Notes: a model not told the origin generated them from the sequence alone. A stretch of DNA of 64,000 nt from Lepidodermella squamata (GCA_047495785.1 JBLDXI010000011.1:1302001-1366000); one strand, 5' to 3'. Shown: positions 38,096 through 50,868, numbered from the stretch's first letter. Program-made: numbers and translations.

Positions 38096-38537
38096 CAGTG
38101 AAAATCAAAAGTTCCGCACGGTCAGGAATTTGTTGAGTTGAAGCTAAAAATATCTCACACGCGCCCGAACTATTTTTAGCTCCAAGCTTGGGTTAAACTC
38201 AGCTTAAAATAAAAAGTGTAACTCGGACAGACCAAGAAGTTTTAATGGTTATAAAAATATGAATATTCATAATGTGCTAATTAATATTCCGAAGCCCTCA
38301 AAGTGCTCAAATTTTTCTGAAATGTTTGGCACTAACAATGTCCTAGTTTCATGCCATCTCATGAGTATATTAATTTTTTTAAAACTATCCCCTTTCCTTG
38401 GATCTATTTTTGGAGCTCGTGCAAAAGGCGTAATTTTGGTCCGTTTTGCAGGAGATAAACAGCCTCAACTCGCACGTGCGAAAAACTTCAACTAGCGTCG
38501 CCTCAATTCCACAGTGCGGATCTTTTGATTGCCACTG
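38096..38537. mobile_element. Tc1/mariner-type MITE (442 bp)
   Basis: TA flanks at 38094-95 and 38538-39; imperfect TIR CAGTGAAAATCAAAAGTTCCGCAC / GTGCGGATCTTTTGATTGCCACTG. Confidence 0.85.
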
Positions 38538-40192
38538 TATATGTCGTACCGTAAAAGGCGATTTCTCCCAATTGCCAATTGAGGTATCTCAATGAGCAAT
38601 CCGAATCGTTCCCAACGTCATTTTCAGTTATTTTAAGAAGTTTTAAGAATATGGAAACCAAACAACGTTGCAGAATCGCCCTTCGCCTATCCAGCAGATA
38701 CCATTTTCCCTAATAACTTGTATGGTATCTGCGTGTTTTATGAGTTTTTAAAAAGTTGGCGGATTTTCGCTGTAACTGTTATTGGGCCTCCTCGGCCCAT
38801 CTAAACTCTTTAGTAGTCTGTTAGCAGACCAATCGATAGGGCTCTGTGATATGTGCTAGGTTTTTATTCAATAACCTGAAGACTGATGAAAACAAAAGAC
38901 GAAAAGCAATTTTCAGATTGCTCATTGAGATACCTCAATCGGCAATTGGGAGGATTGCCTTTAACGATACGACATATACTTATGCAGGATAAAGACGACT
39001 TTTCACATGTGACTTCTACGTCACATGACTATTCACGAATAAAGTCAGCTTTATGTTCGAAAATCACGTTGTGGATGAAACTAGCTCTAAGTCTATCGTA
39101 TAAACTAGCTGAGATCAGAGAGAATTTTTTTATTCGCAACAAAAAATGGCCGAAAATGAGTGAAAAGTGGGGTTTTGCGAAAATGTAGACATCGCGAAAT
39201 TTTGATGCCGCTTTGAAGGTCAATAAACGAGCAGTCGATCGTCGATAAAAAATAGGTTGATATTCATCAGGGTTACAGAGAAAATGGGCTTCAAAGTTTG
39301 GGAGTGGCAATTCCTAATTTCGAACAATGCGCACTTGAAATATTTGAGTTTTTATTACCAGCATTAGAATTCCCTCACGCGAAAAATTCTGATGTCATTT
39401 TTTTCATGCGCTGTCGACATTTCTTAGGGTAATCTGAGGTGAGGAATCTTGCTATATATTCAAACATTTTGTTAGGATCAAGCTAGTGTGTCTAGGACAA
39501 CCCGAATCAATGACACTTTCCTGGACATCTCTGGAATTTTCCGTATTTTAAGGCGGATCTCAAATTTGAAAATTTAAAATCCTTAAAATTTAAGAGAAAA
39601 ACTGAGCAGAGACATCCAAGAATCGTTCCTCTTCAAGTCAACGCACGTTTTGCCATTTGCTGGAAAATACAGAAAATACGCCAAAGAGAGACAAAGTCAC
39701 GCCCGAAAAATTTTAGAAAAATTCGAAAAGTCACAATAATAGTAATCGAGTATGTGACTTGTTGATGGGATTAAAAAAGGATTTAAAAACCCGGAAAACC
39801 CCGATGGTAACTGGTTCGGTAATATTCGTATTTTTTCCGGTTAGACCAAATGAGGTTCCAGCGCTAAAATTAAGCGACGTGGCACCAATATTCCGATTCT
39901 TCAAGAGTTCGGCTCATTCGCCTATTAATTGATACTGATGCCCTCCCTGAGCCTAGGATTTCAATTTCAGCTACATGATGACCTAAGGTATGTAGAAAAT
40001 TGGCCGTCTTGCCTGTTGGTTTTGCCGGAAATAGTACTTATTTCTTGAAGGATATTTTCAGAATTTGAATTTTGTTATAAAGAAAATCTCGGAACGTTAT
40101 TTCATCGTAGATTTTAGAACGTGCAATTTTTTTTTAATTATTCGAAAAGGAATTTCAATATTTTTGTAGGTTATTAAAAAATAACTCGCATC

Positions 40193-41122
40193 ATGAAGCG
40201 AAGTTTACGCGAATCGTCGGCAAAATTGAGGAAAACTGCCGTTGAAACTGTTGTTGGTAGAATGTCAATCAACGATCTGCCGATTGAAATTCTCTTCGAT
40301 ATTTTCCTGAAATTCTTGAAATTTTCCGATTGGAGAAACTGCGTTCTGGTCTGCCGAAAATGGAACAATATAATCGATTCGGATGCGATGATTACAGCTC
40401 GTTGGAAACAGGAATTTAGTCGTCATCTCAAAAAACCATTAAATTTCCCCCACGATATGAACGTTTTTACAAATTGGCGAAAAATTCAAAAGAAACCGCG
40501 CAGTTTTTTCTCGAACGATGGCCTGGAAATTAGCCCGTCCCTAGAGCCCATCCATTTGTGGTATTATGTCGATAGCGATGAAGATTTTCTACTCGACCAG
40601 AAATTGTCTAAAATTGGAGAAGCCGTGAAATCAATCGTTAAAAATCGCGAAAAAATCGTCGACCGAATCAGCCATTTAGAGGTGGACGAGGGGAAATTCT
40701 GGCTGATCGACTTAGAGAAAGTGATCCCCGGCTATTCACTGGCGAATTTGGTGAAAATTCTGAAATTTCCCCTCGTTATCGGACGTTTCAGTTACAAAAA
40801 TGAGAAAAAACCCGCCGAAAAATTGCTGGCTTGCCTTGACTCGAATTTCAAATCAATTCATTTCGAGGCGATTTTTCACGAAATCGCATTTTTCATGTCT
40901 GAATTACCCAAAAATTGCCGTTATATTTTGGTCCATTGCAAATTGGACTATTTTGGACATACCAGTTTGTGGCTGCCCTGGCCGAGCCAGTTGGACGGCT
41001 TGAAATCGTTATTTTCCCGCGAGCGAGGGTGGGAGGAGAGTGATGAAGAGGAAATGAAGCAATATGGCGAGTTCCCTTACGAGGATTATTCATTCGGATT
41101 CAGCTTGGCATATGGAAGTTGA
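40193..41122 (+). CDS. F-box array member (6)
   Basis: F-box, family domain and acidic tail; 309-aa intact ORF. Confidence 0.92.
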   Translation: MKRSLRESSAKLRKTAVETVVGRMSINDLPIEILFDIFLKFLKFSDWRNCVLVCRKWNNIIDSDAMITARWKQEFSRHLKKPLNFPHDMNVFTNWRKIQKKPRSFFSNDGLEISPSLEPIHLWYYVDSDEDFLLDQKLSKIGEAVKSIVKNREKIVDRISHLEVDEGKFWLIDLEKVIPGYSLANLVKILKFPLVIGRFSYKNEKKPAEKLLACLDSNFKSIHFEAIFHEIAFFMSELPKNCRYILVHCKLDYFGHTSLWLPWPSQLDGLKSLFSRERGWEESDEEEMKQYGEFPYEDYSFGFSLAYGS

Positions 41123-41307
41123 AGTGGAAAAAAATGCAAAATTTCAAACTCACAAATGTGATATGTAATATTTTTTTTAACATTTTTGTAACTTTTCGCT
41201 CCTATTTTCATGTAAAATTGAAGTCGAATGCGATCTGGTTTTAATTTTTTGAAAATTTTCTGAATTTTGAATTTTTAGAAATTCGGAAATGAATTTTAAT
41301 TTTCAAA

Positions 41308-42255
41308 ATGAAGCGAGCAACACCGAATTTTAGGGATGAACCGCGAAAATTTGCAGTCGCTTATCGAAGGCCGAGACGTTCTCCAATCAACGATTTACCA
41401 CCCGAAATTTTGAGCGAAATATTTTTGAAACTGAAAAAATTGAGCCACTGGCTATCTTGCATGTTGGTCTGCCGAAAATGGTACCAAGTTATCGATTCCG
41501 ACCAAATGATAGCAGCTCGATGGCACAAAGAATTTCCGAATTTTTTGAACGCGAAAAATTTTGGCGATTGGAGACATTTTCAAAAATCGAATCCCGACTA
41601 TTTCCAAACTTGTGGCCTAACTTTGGACAGATCGAAATTTCACGAAATTTCATTTTCAAACCCAGGTTTCCCAGCTAACGTGCATCCATACGAATTTCCT
41701 CCTCATGCAAATGTGAAAAATCTTCAGAGGCGAATTAAAAACGGTGAAAATCGATCGATTATCGATTTAAATTCGATCAATCACATAAAAATGTATGGCA
41801 ATTATTATTGGCTGATCGATTTCGAAAAAGTTGCGCCGAATTTTTCTCTCGCGAATTTGCTATCGAATTTGAAATTTCCGTTAGCAATCGGCCTCTTCGA
41901 TTATGAAACATCGCCGGGCGATCTTCGAAGGTTCTTTTCATTTTTGAACTCGAATTTTGAAGAATTACAGTTTGAAATGGAATTTTTTGAAACGGCCTGG
42001 ATTTTGCATGATTTTCCGGCTACTTGCCGTTATGTGATGTTCTACGAAAATATGTTGCATTCCACTCATATCTGGCTTGCTTGGCCCAGTCAGCTGGATG
42101 ATTTACGAGAGATGTTCCTTTGTGTAAGGGACGAGCTGCAAAGAATGGCAGACGAAGAGGACAAAATTCTAGAAGAGGAAGAACGCAGTGAAGATGAAGA
42201 ATTGCTTCGACCTTTCTACGATGAGGAATTGGATGAAAACGTCAAGAAGATATGA
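41308..42255 (+). CDS. F-box array member (7), moderately divergent
   Basis: INDLPPEILSEIFLKLKKLSHWLSCMLVCRKWY; YWLIDFE, FSLANLL, WLAWPSQL; acidic tail. Confidence 0.9.
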   Translation: MKRATPNFRDEPRKFAVAYRRPRRSPINDLPPEILSEIFLKLKKLSHWLSCMLVCRKWYQVIDSDQMIAARWHKEFPNFLNAKNFGDWRHFQKSNPDYFQTCGLTLDRSKFHEISFSNPGFPANVHPYEFPPHANVKNLQRRIKNGENRSIIDLNSINHIKMYGNYYWLIDFEKVAPNFSLANLLSNLKFPLAIGLFDYETSPGDLRRFFSFLNSNFEELQFEMEFFETAWILHDFPATCRYVMFYENMLHSTHIWLAWPSQLDDLREMFLCVRDELQRMADEEDKILEEEERSEDEELLRPFYDEELDENVKKI

Positions 42256-42691
42256 ACCGACAGGGTCGGGCTATTCGAAATACGCTTCAAAAAATTGAAA
42301 AACCGAAACTGTATCATTTGGACCTGTCAAAATAATACCCTAAAACTGACGTTTTTTGAAAATAAAATCTTTTACCGAAATATTGAAAAAAATTGAAAAA
42401 ATATGAAATCTGAAAAATCAAGTTGAGAATAATATGTTACTGGAGAAAAATCGATAATTTTTAAAGACTTTAAGAGGGAAAAGTTTCTTTCAGCGAAACA
42501 GCGTCTGAGCCAAATTTCAAAACTTGGCTTGGCACTCAGTAATATTGAACAATTAAAAAAAATATTTGTAAAATTAGGATGAAAAATTATCTAATTTTAT
42601 ATTGCAAAATGAAATTTTTTAAATATGTAAATTTCTAAAATAATTCCCTGAAAAATTGAATTTAGGCTTCGTGTTGAAATTAACTGATTCA

Positions 42692-43606
42692 ATGAAGCGG
42701 AACCTGTCGCAATCTAGCGATTCTCCTGCGAAATTAGCTAAACCCGCCGATGAAAATGTGCCTATTCCGACCAAAGACCTACCAGCCGAAATTTTGTTCG
42801 ACATTTTTTTGAAATTTCTGGACCTTTCCGATTGGAAGAATTGCGTCAGGGTCTGCCGGAAATGGAACAATTTAATCGACTCGGATGCGATGATCGCAGC
42901 TCGTTGGAAACAGGAATTCTGCCTTAATCGAAAGAAACCAGTCGAATTACCGCAAGATTCGACAGTTTTCTCGCAGTGGCGAAAAATTCAAAAAATTAGC
43001 AAAACATTTTTCGATAAATCTGGCCTTGAGCTGGACAAATATAGCTTTCTACCAAAGAATAAAATGGTCGAATTGTCGCTTTTCGGCTTCGCATCTCGGC
43101 AACAAATAAAAAATGTCGCAAGATCGCTTTGGCGAAACCGCGAAAAAATCGTCGGTCCAATCAGCCATTTGGAACTCCACGCGGAACATTTTTGGTTAAT
43201 CGACCTTGAGAACGTAATTCCCGGCTTTTCACTTGCGAATTTGGTGAAAAATCTGAAATTTCCGCTCGTTATCGGATGCTACGATTGCCGCATTGAGGAA
43301 GAACCTATGAATAGTTTCCTGGCCTGCTTGGACTCGGATTTCGATCGGGTACCTGCGAAGGCGTTATTCCGCGACGTTGCTTTTGTCATTCCCGAATTGT
43401 CTGAAAATTGCCGTTATATCCTGTTTTCTTCCGATACATGGGAGGCTGCTTACTTGTGGCTGCCCTGGCCGAGCCAGATGCCCGATTTGATGTCACGTTT
43501 CGAGGATGAGCGCGACGAACAGAAGGAACTTGAAGGTTCGGATAAAAGTGACGTGGATTCGGAATCTTATGACGATTTTTACGATGAATATTTGACGGTT
43601 TTATAA
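42692..43606 (+). CDS. F-box array member (8)
   Basis: MKR start at 42692 by comparison with paralogs; intact; ends YDEYLTVL. Confidence 0.92.
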   Translation: MKRNLSQSSDSPAKLAKPADENVPIPTKDLPAEILFDIFLKFLDLSDWKNCVRVCRKWNNLIDSDAMIAARWKQEFCLNRKKPVELPQDSTVFSQWRKIQKISKTFFDKSGLELDKYSFLPKNKMVELSLFGFASRQQIKNVARSLWRNREKIVGPISHLELHAEHFWLIDLENVIPGFSLANLVKNLKFPLVIGCYDCRIEEEPMNSFLACLDSDFDRVPAKALFRDVAFVIPELSENCRYILFSSDTWEAAYLWLPWPSQMPDLMSRFEDERDEQKELEGSDKSDVDSESYDDFYDEYLTVL

Positions 43607-44446
43607 CGCTGTCTTGCCTGTCTTGCTGCTGGAAAAATTAGTTCGTAACGAAATAAAAAATGTTCGTGATTATTGATGAAAATTCCACTTCACCGCGAAA
43701 TGCGGCGATTTTTTTAGTTTATAATCTCGCTTTTTTTCGTTATTCTCGTACTTGGTGAAAAATATTGGAAGAAATAATGAAATTCGAAAATATTTCGCCA
43801 GATGATCATTTGTTCTAATTTCTAATCAATCATTAATAAATCGAACAATCACCTCGAACAACATATTTGAGGTGGTCTAAAATCGAATTATGGCCACTAA
43901 ATCGTCCATGATATTCGGTTGATACGGCGTGTCCTAGAAATTGCGCAGCTATTTTCGGCAATTTAAACTTAATATTTAAAATTAAACCTACCGAGAGAAT
44001 ATCTATCCACGATTTGACCGAAGAGATACAAAATTTACCGGAGGAAACCCAGTGGTAAAACTGGTTCGGTAATTTTTCGGTATTTTACCCGGTTGGACCT
44101 AATTTTCCCGGGACTTTTTAATCCCATTAACAAGTGTCATACATGATTACTATGTTATCGGGATTTTTTTGCGATTTTTCCAAATTTTTCTGGCCGTGAG
44201 GTTTTATCGAGTTTTTCGGGTGAATTTTCTTTGCTTGCGTAACTTATGGGACACGCTGTAATAATGAACATTGCCTGAGTGGTGCGTCAAATTAAGTAAA
44301 TAAAAATTGTGTTACTTGATGGATTGTTTAATAAAATTGCTTACACCTTTGTTTCAAGTTTAAACTTCTAGCCTAGTACAATTTTATTAATTGAGTGATT
44401 AAATGTAAATTCGATTTTTAGGGTGATCAAAAATTAAATTCGATTA

Positions 44447-45367
44447 ATGAAGCGGAGCCTGGCTGAATCGAGCGAATCTTTGGCGAAGTTAGCTAAAACC
44501 GCCGATGAAAATCCCCCCATTTCGACCAAGGAACTGCCAGCCGAAATTTTGTTCGACATTTTTTTGAAATTTCTGGACCTTTCCGATTGGAAAATTTGCG
44601 TCAGGGTCTGCCGGAAATGGAACAAATTAATCGACTCGGATGAAATGATCGCAGCTCGTTGGAAACAGGAATTCTGCCTTAATCGAAAGAAACCAGTCGA
44701 TTTACCGCAAGATTTAGCTCTTTTCTCGCAGTGGCGACAGATTCAAAAAATCAGCAACACGTTTTTCAGCGATGTTGGCCTTGATTTGGACGAAAGTAAC
44801 TTTCTGCCGAATAAATTGATCAAACTACCGGGTGTTTCCGAGAAATTTCACCAACAAATGATAAATGTCGCAAAATCACTTGCCAAAAAACGCAAAATAA
44901 TTGTCGATCCAATCAGCTATATCGAATTTGACTTGGAAAATTATTGGTTAATCGACCTTGAGACCGTAATTCCCGGCTTTTCTCTTGCGAATTTAGTGAA
45001 AAATCTAAAATTTCCTCTCGTTATCGGACGTTACAATTACCACACTGAGGAAGCCCATGTCAGCGATTACCTGGCGTGTTTGGACTCGAATTTCAAGCGG
45101 GTATCCGCGAAGGCGTTTTTTCGCGACATTGCGTTTGTCATGCCTGAATTTTCTGAAAATTGCCGCTATATCTTGATTTGTTCCGATGCGGGGGAGACTG
45201 GTGCTGGTTGTTTGTGGCTGCCCTGGCCGAGCCAGATGGCCGATTTGATGTCAAGTTTCGCCGATGAGCGCGACGAACAGGAGGAGCTTGAAAGTTCGGA
45301 GGACGAGAGTGAAACGGACCCGAAATCTTACGACGATTATTACCAGGAATATTTGACGGTTTTGTAA
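44447..45367 (+). CDS. F-box array member (9)
   Basis: Intact 306 aa; close paralog of member 8; ends YQEYLTVL. Confidence 0.92.
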   Translation: MKRSLAESSESLAKLAKTADENPPISTKELPAEILFDIFLKFLDLSDWKICVRVCRKWNKLIDSDEMIAARWKQEFCLNRKKPVDLPQDLALFSQWRQIQKISNTFFSDVGLDLDESNFLPNKLIKLPGVSEKFHQQMINVAKSLAKKRKIIVDPISYIEFDLENYWLIDLETVIPGFSLANLVKNLKFPLVIGRYNYHTEEAHVSDYLACLDSNFKRVSAKAFFRDIAFVMPEFSENCRYILICSDAGETGAGCLWLPWPSQMADLMSSFADERDEQEELESSEDESETDPKSYDDYYQEYLTVL

Positions 45368-46256
45368 TGCGGTTTGATTTGTTCGGATTTTGCATGTCTT
45401 GCTTTCGTATCGAAATCGAATTTTTTTCGTGGTTTTTAATAAAAATTCTACTTCATTCCGAATTATTCAATATCAATCGAAAATTCGGCGATTTTTTTTT
45501 AAATTTACGATCTCACTTTTTCTCGTTATGGTTTTTCAATACCAAGTCAGTAAAAAAATATTGGAAAAAATAATGAAATTCGAAAATATAACGATTATAT
45601 TATCCGATCTGATTTTACATTTCTTGCTGCTGAAAAAATATTTCGAATTTTTTCCCAAAGTTATGAAATTCCGAATTATTCTTTATTCTTTATCAATCGA
45701 ATTTTGGCGATTTTTTAAATCTTTACTATCGCTCTTTTCTCATTGTGTTCTTTTAATATTCATTGTTAAAATTCGAAAAAATATATCGCCGGGTGATAAT
45801 TTGTCAAATCTCCTAGCCCAATCACCACAAATTGTACGTCCTAACTGTTTAGGTGGATTTCTCTAGTCACAAGTTAAAGCATGTCCAGTAAAATGCCCTC
45901 ATTCGGGACAATCAAAATTGCAAGTCACGGAAAGCCAAACAATTTGTGGAATAAGTCACCCAGTGAAAAATCGTCCGTAAACTGCATTCGAGTGATATAG
46001 TCGAGATATTCGAGTGATAAGTAATGAATATTGCTCGATCGGTGTGGAAAATCAGAATTTTTCTACTGAATGCATGATCATTTAATAATTGAAATAAAAT
46101 AATCTGTATACCACTATCTTACACCTTTTTTTAACATTTTTCAAATTTAAACTTCTAGTCTTGTTGAATTTTCCAAAAAATGGTTAATTGATTAATAAAC
46201 GCAATTAAAAATGTTAATTCGATTTGTAGTGAAGTCAAAATTTAAATATTGATTTT

Positions 46257-47108
46257 ATGAAGCGGAAGCGGCCTCGATCGAGAAAATCTTCGGCAAAAGT
46301 ACAAAAAATCGCCGATAATAATGCGCCTTCGATTTCTATCAACGATCTACCAGTCGAAATACTTTTCGATATTTTTCTGAAATATTTGAACATTTCACAT
46401 TGGCAAAATTGCGTTCTGGTCTGCCGAAAATGGAAGAATTTAATCGACTCGGATGCGATGATTGCCGCTCGCTGGAAGCAGGAATTTCGCTTTAAACGCA
46501 AGAAAGCAGTCGATTTACCGACAGATTTGACAGTTTTCTCGCAGTGGCGAAAAATTCAAAAAATTAGCGGCAGTTTCTTCTCGAAGAATGGCCTAGTTTT
46601 GGACAAAAAAGAAATAGCGCGGAACAAATTTACCAAATTGTCGGTTGACAGCGAGAAATGGGGGCCTAAATTTGCGAACGTTGTGAAAGCATTGGGTCGA
46701 AATCGCGAACAAATTGTCGACCCGATCAGCTATCTAAAAGCAGACTCATGCTCCTATTGGCTGATCGACCTTGAGACAATAATTCCTGGATTTTCACTCG
46801 CGAATTTGGTGAAAAATCTGAAATATCCCCTCGTTATCGGACGTTTCATGTTCATATCATTTGGGGATAATCTTGTTAAAGAACGCATGGCTTGTTTGGA
46901 CTCGAATTTCCAGCCAATTCCCGCTAAAACTATTTTGTGCGGCGTGGCTTTTGCCCTGGCGAAATTGCCTGAAAACTGTCGTTATATTATGATCTTTCGC
47001 AATTCATCACCGGCTCAGCTGTGGCTGCCCTGGCCGAGTCAGTTTGCGGCTTTGAAATCGCGTTTTTCTAAAGAGCTTCGACAAATATACAAAGACTTTT
47101 TTGAATGA
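46257..47108 (+). CDS. F-box array member (10)
   Basis: Intact 283 aa; basic N-terminus MKRKRPRSRK; no acidic tail. Confidence 0.92.
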   Translation: MKRKRPRSRKSSAKVQKIADNNAPSISINDLPVEILFDIFLKYLNISHWQNCVLVCRKWKNLIDSDAMIAARWKQEFRFKRKKAVDLPTDLTVFSQWRKIQKISGSFFSKNGLVLDKKEIARNKFTKLSVDSEKWGPKFANVVKALGRNREQIVDPISYLKADSCSYWLIDLETIIPGFSLANLVKNLKYPLVIGRFMFISFGDNLVKERMACLDSNFQPIPAKTILCGVAFALAKLPENCRYIMIFRNSSPAQLWLPWPSQFAALKSRFSKELRQIYKDFFE

Positions 47109-47212
47109 TTATGAAGATTCAAAATTGAAAAGAATCGAGGCTGTAAAAGTTTCAATGTGAAATGATCGATAGTTTGGGAGTAATTATTTTAACAAATTTG
47201 AAATATCATAGC

Positions 47213-48140
47213 TAGAGATGCCGCGGTTAAAAAAATAACCGCAAAACCGCGGTTAACCGACGGTTCGGTTCGGTTCGGTTCGGTTCGGTTCATCGGACGC
47301 CGTAACCGCGGTTTTAACCGAAATAACCGCCCTATAGACCGGATATAGACCCACAATTGCAAAACTTCGGAAAATTGAGCATATTATTACATGTTATTAC
47401 CTTTTCCATTCTTTTACGCTGGTTCGCAAGTGTTTTTCACATGTCAATTAGCCGATTAGGAAAATCAATCAATTAGCCGATCACCGATCACTGATAATCG
47501 ATAATCGATCACCGGTACGTGATAATGGATGTTGCCAATGAATTCAGGGGCAAATTTTACCCTAGACCCCAAATTTTCAGGTCGTAATTCATGATAATAT
47601 AAAATATATCGCAAAATCAATTTCGCTTCCGGTTAATGATCAACCTTTTAATTTGGCGGTTTTAATCCTCTGAAGTTTTCAAGATTTAATAAATCGGGTA
47701 AACCGCCTTCTTTGTGGCTGAAACCCCCCTTAGAAACGCCGGAGGGGTAACTTTTCACGCCGGATCAGAATCCGTTGACAGAATTTCGATTGCCATCATA
47801 CCTCCGGAGATGATTGCCTTTTTTAAATTATTTTATTGCTTTATTGCACCCGTTTAATTTTTTTCCCCGGATGAGTTTCATAGTCGAGTAATACATGAAA
47901 CTATGCAGTTTTTTATGTAGAATCACGTGGCGTAGCCCAAATTGTAACTAGAGCTATGGTTAAGGGGCTATTGCTGTGCAAAAACGTTCAATTTTAACAT
48001 TCAATGGAATGAATGCAATGCCAGGGATTAACCGTGTTTAACCCGGTTAAAACCGCGGTTAACCCGGTTCGGTTACCGATTTTCGATTAACCGAACCGTA
48101 ACCGAACCGGCGCCTTGAAACTTTAACCGCGGCATCTCTA
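47213..48140. mobile_element. Non-autonomous hAT (Ac/Ds-like) element, 928 bp
   Basis: TIR TAGAGATGCCGCGGTTAAA / TTTAACCGCGGCATCTCTA; perfect 8-bp TSD ATCATAGC (47205-47212, 48141-48148); subterminal CGGTT/AACCG repeats. Confidence 0.93.
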
Positions 48141-48185
48141 ATCATAGCCTTGACCAATTATTTTGATCTTTTGTATTTTGCATTG

Positions 48186-48628
48186 GGTGTGGCAACTGCG
48201 CACCCTGAATTTAGGGTTCCAGCACTAATTTTGAGGCTCCAGCACTAGATTTCCCCTAAATATGGTTTTTCGCGTTTTTAGTCTTTACTAGAATCTCCAT
48301 TTTTTATGCCTAACCGATAGATCTTCATATAACGCGTATTTCGCGCCATAAGCGGTCAGTTTACTAATTATTATAATTCATCCTTTAGAGCCAATATCGA
48401 TTCCAATTATCGATTTTACAAATCAGTGATTTTTCCGATATCAGTCATCGTAGAACCCAACGTCGATAATTTTTCTACGTACCGTTGGGCGCCAGGTAGC
48501 TAGAATATAAAATCTTAGGTTCAGGGAGCGCATCAGTATTTATCAAAAAACGAAAACACCGAAATCGCAAAGAATATGAAAAATTTAGTGCTGGAACCTT
48601 ATTTTTAGGGGTGCAAATATTTGGACAG
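48186..48628 (-). mobile_element. Longest copy of dispersed repeat family A
   Basis: Inverted homolog of 8161-8492. The core is also at ~2671, 18751, 19131, 19901, 23928, 25181, 25712, 31893 and 33418. Confidence 0.7.
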
Positions 48629-48873
48629 TTTTGCATTACATATTTCTGCATTTTTGTATTATTTGTACACAACATTATTTTGAAAGTGCGAGCTATTTTT
48701 TTATAAAATTGAAAATGAGCAATTTAATGTTATGAAACATTGAACAAATCGAATTTAATGATGCGTAACTCGAGCAAATCTTACACAGCTTTTTCCAGAG
48801 CGCATCAGACAAACAAGTTTTCATTGTAAATCAATGTTGATTTTTAGGGTTTTCGTAAAGTTGATGACATTCT

Positions 48874-50244
48874 ATGAAGAGAAGCCTTTCACAATCGAGC
48901 GAATCTTCCGTAAAATTACAAAAATTCGCCGATGAAAATGCGTATTCGATTTCAATCAACGATCTGCCAGCCGAAATTTTTCTGAAATTTCTGGAGCTTT
49001 CCGATTGGAAAAATTGCGTCATGGTGTGTCGTAAATGGAACAATATACCGTATTTTACGAATTATAAGACCCTGCCCTGTATTTTTTTCAAACGAGGTTC
49101 AAGTCCTGCCCTGTATTTAGAGTCTGCCCTTTAATTCGGCTCTGCCCTATGATTTTTTCGAACCTAATCAGTCACCTGAAGTGTACCTAGATCAGCAGTT
49201 AAAACCGCCGAATAACCACTATAGCTACTGCCTTCCACCTGTGACTACACTACAAGTGTGTGCTCAAATGGATTTGGGTGGATAAAGGACGATTAGTGCA
49301 CTTACTGACGAGAAATCGCAACCTATCCAACTTTAACCACTTATACCCAGCATGCGCCCATGTAAGCCACTTCATACAAGGCCCTGCCTATTATTAAGGT
49401 TCTGCCCTTTATTATTTCAAATGACCATTACCCTCTGCCCTTTATTCCGGTTCTGCCCTATAATTGGGTCCTGCCTAATAATTCGTAAAATACGGTAATC
49501 GACTCTGATGCGATGATCGCAGCTCGTTGGAAACAAGAATTTAGCTTGCATCGAAAGAAACCAGTCGATTTCCCAAAAGATTCGACGGTTTTCTCACAAT
49601 GGCGAAAAATTCAAAAAATTGGCAGTTCCTTTTTCTCACGTTACGGCCTCGTCCTGGACCATCAATATGAATTTCTGCTGGATAAATTGATCAAATTGCC
49701 GCTTGATGGCGATAAATAGCCGCTAGCAATTGATGCTGTCGTTGAATCGCTGGAACAAAATCGCGAAAAAATCGTCGAACCAATCAGCTATTTAGAAATT
49801 GACTGGGCAGAATATTGGTTAATCGACCTTGAGAACGTAATGCCCGGTTTCTCTCTACCGAAATTGGTGAAGAATCTCAAATTCCCCCTTGTTATCGGAC
49901 GTTACAATTACCACACTGAGGAAGAACCGGTTGATAATTACCTGGCCTGTTTGGACTCGAATTTCAAGCCGGTACCCGCAAAAGCTCGTTTTCGAGAAAT
50001 TTCATTCGTCATGTCTGAATTGTCTGAAAATTGCCGATATATCTTGATGTATTACGATTTATCGCCCACCAGTTTGTGGCTGCCCTGGCCGAGCCAGATG
50101 GCCGATTTGTTGTCACGTTTCGAGGATGAGCGGCGAGATCAGGAGCGTGAAGATGGAGTTGAGAGTGGAATCGAAGACCCCGAGGCTTACTTTGGCGCCG
50201 AATGGTCTGATGACGGCAGTTATGACGGTGAATATCCGTTCTGA
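48874..50244 (+). pseudogene. F-box array pseudogene (11): MITE insertion, in-frame TAG at 49717-49719, 12-nt deletion in the F-box
   Basis: ORF pieces 48874, 49513 and 49840 rejoin into one family member once 49048-49497 is removed. Confidence 0.9.
49048..49495. mobile_element. pogo/Tc2-like MITE (448 bp) inserted in an F-box CDS
   Basis: TIR CCGTATTTTACGAATTAT / ATAATTCGTAAAATACGG; TA duplicated (49046-47, 49496-97). Paralogs show the empty site AACAATATAATCGA. CTGCCCT direct repeats lie near both ends. Confidence 0.93.
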
Positions 50245-50868
50245 TTTCTTCCGTCTTGTTTAAAAATAGAAATGACCGTGAGGAAAAAATTATTCCTATA
50301 TAAATTAAAAAATAATTCTGGGAACTGAAATGCAAATTTCAGAGCTTTTCCCTTATTGTGCATAATTTGAAAATTTTTACACATAATCTCGTTAATTTTC
50401 TACTAATTTTTATGTCGATATCAAGCTGTCCAGTGGCGAAATTTGAATAATATATGTATGTTAAATACTGATTATTATCTCCAGGTGATAATTTCTGAAA
50501 TCGTCGGATGAATCATCAATGACCAAGCCAAAAATTCTACCCCTTGATTTTTCGATACCATGTATCGTGTTTCGCGTCCAAAATTCACCTGGTTTTGATT
50601 TTCAGTGAATTAAAGTGTTGATTGTCTGAAATTAGGCCACGCGCCACGCTGTGATTTCTGACCAGGTTCGATTTCAACCATTAAAATTGAGGATTCATAA
50701 GACGGTTTTACTTCGAGCTCGTTTATTCCTTTGTTTCAATTTCAACAAAATTTCTATTCTTGTACAATTTTTCCAGCGAAAAATCGCTTAATAAATCAAT
50801 ATTTCGCTCTCTTTAAAAAATGTAAATTCGATTTTTAGGGTAATTTGCATGAAGCTTACTTTTCTTTA

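Noticed and set aside
45367-45866. F/I/K/L-rich ORFs in AT-rich spacers (also 2647-3243, 9693-9923, 31075-31771)
   Set aside because: Composition reflects poly-A/T non-coding DNA; no domain signal.
47261-47291. (CGGTT)n tandem run as a CRISPR-like or satellite array
   Set aside because: It is the subterminal repeat of the hAT element and has no spacers.
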